Assembly (NCBI GenBank): GCA_036268675.1
Contig: DATATS010000203.1
Location: forward strand, 1-60,954
Direction of reading: 5' to 3'
Source of the DNA: Pseudolabrys sp.
Lineage (GTDB): Bacteria > Pseudomonadota > Alphaproteobacteria > Rhizobiales > Xanthobacteraceae
Length of the DNA stretch: 60,954 nt
The position numbers and the translations under genes are program-made. This document shows positions 54,093-60,954 of this stretch, piece by piece. The notes under the pieces were generated by a model. It did no database searches, was not told where the DNA came from, and saw nothing but the letters and a program-made list of their open reading frames with translations. The stretch's first letter is position 1. Each line of letters opens with the position of its first letter.

Positions 54093-55439
54093 ATGACCCA
54101 AGTGCAACGATCTTCCGTCACCGCCACCGTCCCCAACGACCTCGAGCCGTTCTGGATGCCGTTCACGGCCAACCGCGCCTTCAAGGCGCGGCCGCGCCTG
54201 ATCGCCGGCGCCAAGGACATGCATTACATCACGCCGGAGGGCCGCAAGGTGCTCGACGGCTCGGCCGGTCTGTGGTGCACGAACGCCGGGCATAACCGCG
54301 ATCCGATCGTTGCGGCGATCCAGAAGCAGGCGGCCGAGCTCGACTTCTCGCCGACCTTCCAGTTCGGCCATCCCAAGGCTTTCGAACTGGCGAGCCGTAT
54401 CGCGGCGCTGGCGCCCGGCGATCTCGATCATGTGTTTTTCTGCAACTCGGGCTCGGAGGCGGTCGACACCGCGCTCAAGATCGCGCTCGCCTATCATAAT
54501 GTGCGCGGGAATGCCTCGCGTGTGCGGCTGATCGGGCGCGAGCGCGGCTATCACGGCGTCGGCTTCGGCGGCGTGTCGGTGGGCGGCATGGTCGCGAATC
54601 GGAAGCAGTTCGGCGCGCTTCTTGCCGGCGTCGATCATCTGTCGTCGACTTATAACCGCGCCGAGCAGGCTTTCTCTGTGGGAGAACCGGACTGGGGCGA
54701 GCACCTTGCCGATGAACTCGACCGTCTCGTGGCGCTGCACGACGCCTCCACCATCGCTGCGGTGATCGTCGAGCCGGTGGCGGGCTCGACCGGTGTCATC
54801 CCGCCGCCCAAGGGGTATCTGAAACGCCTGCGCGCGATCTGCGACAAGCATGGCATCCTGCTGATCTTCGACGAAGTCATCACCGGCTTTGGCCGTGTTG
54901 GTCATGCCTTCGCCGCCGAGCGTTACGGCGTCGTCCCCGACCTGATGACCTTCGCCAAGGGCATCACCTCCGGCTCGGTGCCGATGGGCGGCGTGGTCGC
55001 GCGCAAAGGCATCTACGACGCCTTCATGAAAGGCCCCGAACATTCCATCGAGCTGTTTCACGGCTACACTTATTCGGCGCATCCGCTCGCTTGCGCGGCT
55101 GGACTTGCCACGCTCGATCTCTATCGCGACGAGGGCCTGTTCGAACGCGCGAAAAAGCTGGAACCGGTCTGGGCGCAGGCGGCCATGGGGCTGAAGGGCC
55201 TGCCGGGCGTGCTTGACATTCGCACCGTCGGCCTCATGGCCGGCATCGATCTCGCCAGCCGCCCAGACGCTGTCGGCAAGCGCGGCTTCGAGGCGCTGGA
55301 AAACGCCTTCCACGAGCACAGCCTGATGTTCCGCATCGCCGGCGACGCCATCGCGGTCAGCCCGCCGCTTATCATCAGCGAGGCGCAGATCGGCGAAATG
55401 TTCGACAAGCTCGCCAAGATCATCAAGCAGGGGGCGTAG
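54093..55439 (+). CDS. Class III PLP aminotransferase (omega-amino acid--pyruvate type)
   Basis: FWMPFT, NSGSEA, GYHG, FDEVITGFGR, FAKG, HGYTYSAHP. Confidence 0.93.
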   Translation: MTQVQRSSVTATVPNDLEPFWMPFTANRAFKARPRLIAGAKDMHYITPEGRKVLDGSAGLWCTNAGHNRDPIVAAIQKQAAELDFSPTFQFGHPKAFELASRIAALAPGDLDHVFFCNSGSEAVDTALKIALAYHNVRGNASRVRLIGRERGYHGVGFGGVSVGGMVANRKQFGALLAGVDHLSSTYNRAEQAFSVGEPDWGEHLADELDRLVALHDASTIAAVIVEPVAGSTGVIPPPKGYLKRLRAICDKHGILLIFDEVITGFGRVGHAFAAERYGVVPDLMTFAKGITSGSVPMGGVVARKGIYDAFMKGPEHSIELFHGYTYSAHPLACAAGLATLDLYRDEGLFERAKKLEPVWAQAAMGLKGLPGVLDIRTVGLMAGIDLASRPDAVGKRGFEALENAFHEHSLMFRIAGDAIAVSPPLIISEAQIGEMFDKLAKIIKQGA

Positions 55440-55597
55440 CGGTTGTCTCGGCCCTCAAGTTCCTGCGCATAAACGGCGAATTGTCGTTACCATAGTCGCT
55501 GAACGAGGTTGCGCGGACGGGGCGTCTCGGGAACATTGGGCCCGCCCGGCGCGAATCACGCCCGCGGTGCAATGGGGCTTACCGGGACTAAAGCGCG

Positions 55598-56941
55598 ATG
55601 CGTCGGATCGGTGCCATCTTCATTGCGGTCTGCATGGTGCTCATTGCCGCCTCGCTTGGCGCGCTGCTCTATCTCGGCCTGAGACTCGACGGCCGCACCT
55701 CGGCGATCGTGGCGCTGGCCGCGCTCACCGCCATGGCGCTCTACAACGGCATCAGCGGACGGCTGCGCGACCGTGGCGATCTCGGCGACCAGATCGGCGA
55801 CCTCTCGCGTGGCACCGGCGACCTCGCGCGTCAGGTGGCGGAACTTTCGCGCCGGCTCAACGCCATGGAAACCAAGGTCGACGGCACCGTGAACCGCGCG
55901 CGCGGCGCCATCGATCCGCTCGCCGCCGAGATCGGCGAACTGGGCACGCTGGTGCGCCACATCGCCGAGACTGTCGCGTCGCACGCCAGCGCCTTGCAGC
56001 AGCAGGGCGCCGTGCCGCCGCAACCTTCATCGAAGCCTGGGACCGCGCCCGTTGCAGAGGCTGCGCTCGCGCTGAGCGAAAAGGATGCGGTCGGCGGCCT
56101 GCGCCGCTTCCAGGGAATGTCGCGCGAGGGCATCGCCGACATGATCGCCAAATCGGTCGACGCCAACCGCATCGATCTCTATCTGCAACCGATCGTCACG
56201 CTGCCGCAGCGCAAGGTGCGTTATTACGAGGCGCTCACCCGCCTGCGCGGCGAGGACGACGACGTCATTCCCGCCAGTGATTTTCTGGAATATGCCGAGA
56301 GCTTCGGCCTGATGCCGAAGATCGACAATCTCTTGCTGTTCCGCAGCGTGCAGGTAACGCGCCGCCTGCAACTCAAGAGCCGCGACGTCGGGCTGTTCTG
56401 CAATATCAGCGCGGCGACGCTGACCGATCCGTCGTTCTTCAAGCAGTTTCTGGATTTCATGGACGCCAATCGCGCCCTCGGCGGCGCGCTGATGTTCGAG
56501 TTCACGCAGGACGCCTATCGCTCGTTCGGTCCGCTCGAGCATGAAAGCCTGGCGGCGCTGGCCGAACGCGGCTTCCGCTTCTCCATGGACCACGTCAACG
56601 ATCTGCGCATCGAGCCCAAGGAACTGGCCGACCGCTCGTTCCGCTTCATGAAGGTGCCGGCAAAGCTGTTGCTCAATCCCGCGACCGGCGCGCAGAGCGA
56701 CATTCATCCGGAAGACCTCGCCGACCTGCTGGCGCGATCCGGCATCGATCTCATCGCGGAGCGTATCGAGAGCGAAAGCGTGGTGGTCAATCTGCTCGAT
56801 TACGACGTGCGCTTCGGTCAGGGCTTCCTGTTCTCCGCGCCGCGGCCGGTTCGTGCCGAAGCCCTGCAGAGCGGCGCGGACGGCGACAAGCCCGGCGACG
56901 CGTCGAACGAACTGCTGGCGGCCGGCGCCACTCTCGGCTGA
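55598..56941 (+). CDS. Membrane-anchored EAL-domain protein, TipF-like
   Basis: Two N-terminal TMs, coiled coil, LQPIV..YYEALTRL, QGFLFS; DDFG replaced by MDHV. Confidence 0.8.
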   Translation: MRRIGAIFIAVCMVLIAASLGALLYLGLRLDGRTSAIVALAALTAMALYNGISGRLRDRGDLGDQIGDLSRGTGDLARQVAELSRRLNAMETKVDGTVNRARGAIDPLAAEIGELGTLVRHIAETVASHASALQQQGAVPPQPSSKPGTAPVAEAALALSEKDAVGGLRRFQGMSREGIADMIAKSVDANRIDLYLQPIVTLPQRKVRYYEALTRLRGEDDDVIPASDFLEYAESFGLMPKIDNLLLFRSVQVTRRLQLKSRDVGLFCNISAATLTDPSFFKQFLDFMDANRALGGALMFEFTQDAYRSFGPLEHESLAALAERGFRFSMDHVNDLRIEPKELADRSFRFMKVPAKLLLNPATGAQSDIHPEDLADLLARSGIDLIAERIESESVVVNLLDYDVRFGQGFLFSAPRPVRAEALQSGADGDKPGDASNELLAAGATLG

Positions 56942-56944
56942 CCA

Positions 56945-57814
56945 TTGACCGCCGCTTCACCGCTGCTCATTCCGCATTTTTCCGCCCTCGCCGGCAGCTA
57001 TGACGTGTTGCTGTCCGACGTCTGGGGTGTCGTGCATAACGGGCTGGAAGCGTTCCCTGCGGCCTGCGACGCCTTGATGCGCGCGCGCAAGCAGGGCGCC
57101 ACGGTCGTCCTCATCACCAATTCGCCGCGCCCGAGCGAACAGGTGGCGCGCCAGCTCGACCGCCTGCATGTGCCGCGCGAGGTCTATGACGGCATTGTTT
57201 CGTCCGGTGACGTCACGCGCGGCGTCATTGCCGGGCGCGCCGGGCAAAGCCTGTTTCATCTGGGACCCGAACGCGACCGCTCGATTTTTTCCGGACGCGA
57301 GATCCGCTTTGCCCCGCTCGAAAGCGCCGACTATGTGGTCTGCTCGGGCCTCAACGACGACGAAGTCGAAACGCCGGACGATTATCGCGGCACACTTGAA
57401 GCGATGCTCAAGCGCAGACTGTTCATGGTTTGCGGCAATCCCGATGTGGTCGTGGAGCGCGGGCCGCGGCTTGTTTATTGCGCAGGCAGCCTGGCCGATC
57501 TCTACGCTGGCATGGGTGGCGAGGTGCTCTATGCCGGCAAGCCGTATCGCCCGATCTACGACATGGCGCTCGACAAGGCGAAAGTCGCGCGCGGGCAGGC
57601 GGCCGATCTTGCGCGCGTGCTGGCGATCGGGGATTCGGTTCGCACCGATCTCAAAGGCGCGCAGGCAATGGGCATCGATTTCCTGTTCGTGACGTCGGGA
57701 ATCCACGCCGACGATCTCGGCACTCGCGAACAACCGGAAGCCGGCGCGCTGCAAGCGACGTTTGCCGCCGCCGGCGCGATGCCGAAGGCGGTGATGCGGG
57801 CATTGGTGTGGTGA
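56945..57814 (+). CDS. HAD-superfamily hydrolase class IIA (TIGR01459)
   Basis: DVWGVVH, TNSPR, NPD, GKP, IGDS..TD. Confidence 0.92.
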   Translation: MTAASPLLIPHFSALAGSYDVLLSDVWGVVHNGLEAFPAACDALMRARKQGATVVLITNSPRPSEQVARQLDRLHVPREVYDGIVSSGDVTRGVIAGRAGQSLFHLGPERDRSIFSGREIRFAPLESADYVVCSGLNDDEVETPDDYRGTLEAMLKRRLFMVCGNPDVVVERGPRLVYCAGSLADLYAGMGGEVLYAGKPYRPIYDMALDKAKVARGQAADLARVLAIGDSVRTDLKGAQAMGIDFLFVTSGIHADDLGTREQPEAGALQATFAAAGAMPKAVMRALVW

Positions 57815-57820
57815 GAGGCT

Positions 57821-58222
57821 TTAGGCCGCGGGTGCGTCGACGGCGTCGAACACCGCGTCGATCTTGCTCTTGAGCGTCTGCGCGTTGAACGGCTTGACGA
57901 TGTAGTTCGATACGCCGGCCTTCTTGGCCGCGATCACGTTCTCGGTTTTGGATTCCGCCGTCACCATGATGAAGGGCGTCGTCATCAAAGCCGGGTCGGA
58001 GCGAACCTCCTGCAACAGATCGTAGCCGGTCATCGGCTCCATGTTCCAGTCGGAGATCACCAGGCCGTATTTGCGATGGCGCATTTTCTCAAGCGCCGCG
58101 CTGCCGTCGCTGGCGTCGTCGACGTGCTCGAAGCCGAGCTGCTTGAGCAGGTTGCGAATGATGCGGATCATCGTGTTGTAATCGTCCACGACCAGCACCG
58201 GCAGCGACAGATCGATAGCCAT
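57821..58222 (-). CDS. cheY: Single-domain response regulator, CheY-like
   Basis: VLVVDD, ISDWNMEPMTG, MVTAE, YIVKPF. Confidence 0.85.
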   Translation of the reverse strand: MAIDLSLPVLVVDDYNTMIRIIRNLLKQLGFEHVDDASDGSAALEKMRHRKYGLVISDWNMEPMTGYDLLQEVRSDPALMTTPFIMVTAESKTENVIAAKKAGVSNYIVKPFNAQTLKSKIDAVFDAVDAPAA

Positions 58223-58278
58223 GGCGCATCGCCCGCAATGGGCCTCCCAGAGGGTGATGGAACCTAGCAGCGCGCCAT

Positions 58279-58320
58279 TGAATAACCCGTTAATTGAAAA
58301 TTTGTTAACGGCGCGCTAAC
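58279..58320. promoter_or_regulatory. Two CtrA-like sites upstream of cheY
   Basis: TGAA-N7-TTAA at 58279-58293 and TTAA-N7-CTAAC at 58305-58320. Confidence 0.6.
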
Positions 58321-58417
58321 CGTAATTGCGCCCGATAGGGCGATAGACCGGCATTACGCCGGCATAAAAAATGAGTACAGCCGTGACCGCCGCAGCCTGC
58401 CAGACCCCGGCCGCCCG

Positions 58418-59392
58418 ATGAACGCCGCGCCGGCAAAATCCTTTGACGTGGTGCGCGACGGCGAGGCAGGCGCGCTCGCCGGCGCCGTGGTGGCGATCGG
58501 CAATTTCGACGGCGTGCATCGCGGCCACCGCGCCGTGATCGCGGCCGCGCTCAAGCGCGCGCGCAAGCTCGGGCGCAAGGCCGCGGCTTTGACGTTTGCG
58601 CCGCATCCGCGATTGTTCCTGCGGCCGAAGGAGCCGCTGTTTCAACTGTCCAGGGAGCGCGACAGGTTGCGTCTGCTGGCGGCGACCGGGCTCGGCGGCG
58701 CCATCGTGATGACATTCGATGCCGCGCTCGCGGCCACGTCGGCGGCCGATTTCATTGAGAAAACTCTCGTCGGTAAGTTCGGCATCGGGGGCGCCGCCAT
58801 CGGCTTCGATTTTCACTTCGGGAAGAACCGCGCCGGCTCGCCGGCTTATTTGAGCGAGCAGGGCGCGCGGCTCGGCTTTGCGGTCGATATCGTGCCGCCG
58901 CTCGAAGACGAGGGGCGCCCGGTGTCGTCCGGCGCGGTGCGTGCCGCGCTCGGCGACGGCAAGGTGGTGGAGGCGGCCGAGCTTCTCGGCGCGCCCTGGT
59001 TCGTCTCCGGCGAGGTGATCCACGGCGACAAGCGCGGCCGCGAGCTCGGCTTTCCGACTGCCAATCTCAGGCTCGATCCGTCCTGCGGCCTCAAGCACGG
59101 CATCTACGCGGTGCGCGTGGGCATCGGCGACATGCGCTATGCCGGCGTCGCCAGCTTCGGGGTGCGGCCGATGTTCGACGACGGCGCGCCGCTGCTCGAA
59201 GTCAACCTGTTCGACTTCGACGGCGACATCTACGGGCAGGCGATCGATGTCGCCTTCATCGGCTGGATCCGCAATGAGCGGAAATTCGAAACAATCGATG
59301 GGCTCAAGCGCGCCATGGTGGCCGACAGCGCGCAGGCGCGCGACGCGCTTCGGCGCGCCGGCAAGGCGTTTCCCAAGCTGGGGGATGTGTGA
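58418..59392 (+). CDS. ribF: Bifunctional riboflavin kinase / FAD synthetase
   Basis: IGNFDGVHRGH, DFHFG, GRELGFPTAN, GVRPMF. Confidence 0.97.
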   Translation: MNAAPAKSFDVVRDGEAGALAGAVVAIGNFDGVHRGHRAVIAAALKRARKLGRKAAALTFAPHPRLFLRPKEPLFQLSRERDRLRLLAATGLGGAIVMTFDAALAATSAADFIEKTLVGKFGIGGAAIGFDFHFGKNRAGSPAYLSEQGARLGFAVDIVPPLEDEGRPVSSGAVRAALGDGKVVEAAELLGAPWFVSGEVIHGDKRGRELGFPTANLRLDPSCGLKHGIYAVRVGIGDMRYAGVASFGVRPMFDDGAPLLEVNLFDFDGDIYGQAIDVAFIGWIRNERKFETIDGLKRAMVADSAQARDALRRAGKAFPKLGDV

Positions 59393-59436
59393 CGGCGGCC
59401 TTTGCGATGCGAAATCGGCCTGCTACATAGCGCCCC

Positions 59437-60954
59437 ATGTCGAGCCCGAAGCCCGAAACCAAGCGCGATTACTCAGAAACGCTGTTCCTGCCGCAGACGG
59501 ATTTCCCGATGCGCGCGGGGCTGCCGCAGCGCGAGCCGGAAATTCTGAAAGCCTGGGAGCAGACCGATCTCTACGGGCAGTTGCGCACCGCCGCCAAAGG
59601 CCGTGAAAAATTCATCCTGCACGACGGCCCGCCTTACGCCAACGGCAACATCCATATTGGCACGGCGCTCAATAAAGTGCTCAAGGACGTGGTGACGCGC
59701 AGCCAGCAGATGCTCGGCTTCGATTCCAACTACGTGCCGGGCTGGGACTGCCACGGCCTGCCGATCGAATGGAAAATCGAAGAGGAGCATTACCGCTCCA
59801 AGGGCAAGCCGAAGCCGGATTTGAGCGATCCGAAGGCGATGATCGCGTTTCGCAACGAGTGCCGCGCCTATGCCGGGCACTGGCTCAATGTGCAGCGCGA
59901 GGAATTCAAGCGTCTGGGCGTGACCGGCGACTGGGCGCATCCCTATACGACGATGGATTTCTTTGCCGAGGCGCAGATCGCGCGCGAGCTGATGAAGTTC
60001 GCGGCGAACGGTCTGCTCTACCGCGGCTCCAAGCCGGTGATGTGGAGCGTGGTCGAGAAGACCGCGCTGGCGGAAGCGGAAGTCGAGTACGAGGATTACA
60101 CGAGCGACACGGTGTGGGTGAAGTTTCCGGTCAAGAATCAAATCCATGATTTGGTGCCAGGCCAAAAGCCTATCTACCAAGATATGGCAATCGGAGCCGC
60201 ATCAATCGTTATCTGGACGACCACGCCTTGGACATTACCCGGAAATAGAGCAATCGCATTTTCGCCAAAGATCAAATACGCATTGTTTGGTGTGAGAAAC
60301 GCGCCCGCTGATAATTGGGCTAAACCTCGTGATCTTTATATTCTCGCAGAGAATCTAGCGGCCGACGTTTTCAAACAGGCGCGTGTCGAGCAGTACGATA
60401 AGCTTGCGGATGTCAGCAGTGAACAACTCGCACGGTTGGTTTGTGATCATCCTTTGAGAAGTATGGGTTACGGGTTCGATGTCCCGCTTCTCGAAGGCGA
60501 CCACGTCACCGACGACGCCGGCACGGGTTTCGTTCACACCGCGCCGGGTCATGGTCGCGAGGACTTCGAAGTGTGGACCGCCAATCGCGCGGCGCTGGAA
60601 GCGCGCGGCATCAATACCGCAATCCCTTACACCGTCGACGAGAACGGCGCGTTAACGGGGCAGGCGCCCGGCTTCACCGGCAAGCGCGTCATCAACGACA
60701 AAGGCGAGAAGGGCGATGCCAACGAGGCGGTGATCAAGGCGCTCATTGATGCGCATATGCTGATCGCGCGCGGACGCCTGAAGCACCAATATCCGCATTC
60801 GTGGCGCTCGAAGAAGCCGGTCATCTTCCGCAACACGCCGCAGTGGTTCATCGCGATGGATAAGGGCATCGACAAACCCGTCGATACGCTTCGCCACCGC
60901 GCGCTGCACGCCATCGGTGCGACGCAATGGGTGCCGCCGCAGGGCGAGAACCGC
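59437..60954 (+). CDS. ileS: Isoleucine--tRNA ligase, 5' part (runs off window end; absent from the ORF track)
   Basis: Hand translation: [61 protein letters not shown]. Confidence 0.97.
   Translation, partial: MSSPKPETKRDYSETLFLPQTDFPMRAGLPQREPEILKAWEQTDLYGQLRTAAKGREKFILHDGPPYANGNIHIGTALNKVLKDVVTRSQQMLGFDSNYVPGWDCHGLPIEWKIEEEHYRSKGKPKPDLSDPKAMIAFRNECRAYAGHWLNVQREEFKRLGVTGDWAHPYTTMDFFAEAQIARELMKFAANGLLYRGSKPVMWSVVEKTALAEAEVEYEDYTSDTVWVKFPVKNQIHDLVPGQKPIYQDMAIGAASIVIWTTTPWTLPGNRAIAFSPKIKYALFGVRNAPADNWAKPRDLYILAENLAADVFKQARVEQYDKLADVSSEQLARLVCDHPLRSMGYGFDVPLLEGDHVTDDAGTGFVHTAPGHGREDFEVWTANRAALEARGINTAIPYTVDENGALTGQAPGFTGKRVINDKGEKGDANEAVIKALIDAHMLIARGRLKHQYPHSWRSKKPVIFRNTPQWFIAMDKGIDKPVDTLRHRALHAIGATQWVPPQGENR

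Noticed and set aside
53015-60475. Intein, intron or diversity-generating retroelement as cause of the AT-rich blocks
   Set aside because: Blocks encode normal synthetase motifs, lack intein terminal residues, and I see no reverse transcriptase or template repeat in the window

Overview
A GC-rich (about 65% in the lines I counted) alphaproteobacterial chromosome segment, Hyphomicrobiales-like by gene order, CtrA-type boxes, CIRCE and repeat style. It is mostly core genome: tkt (partial), DUF4164-zapA-6S RNA-5-FTHF cyclo-ligase-ymdB-like-yebC, ruvCAB-ybgC, tolQRAB-pal-cpoB-tilS-ftsH, glcDEF, groESL with CIRCE, hisS/hisZ/hisG, a TipF-like EAL gene, HAD, orphan cheY, ribF and ileS (partial). Small accessory genes are interspersed. 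I see no transposase, integrase, phage gene, tRNA, rRNA or CRISPR array. The most unusual signals are: (1) sharply bounded, in-frame, AT-rich segments inside both hisS and ileS, where even conserved motifs use non-host codons; (2) a six-codon duplicate of the ruvA N-terminus that couples ruvC to an AT-codon ruvA start; (3) a roughly 49-bp palindromic element present in full, collapsed and degenerate forms that supplies stop or start codons to neighbouring genes; (4) several uncharacterised proteins, including a methyltransferase/pyruvyltransferase-like fusion, a Lys/Ser-Pro disordered protein, an Ada-motif protein and a small protein behind a consensus general-stress promoter. All calls come from visual motif recognition, with no database searches. 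Start codons are best estimates.
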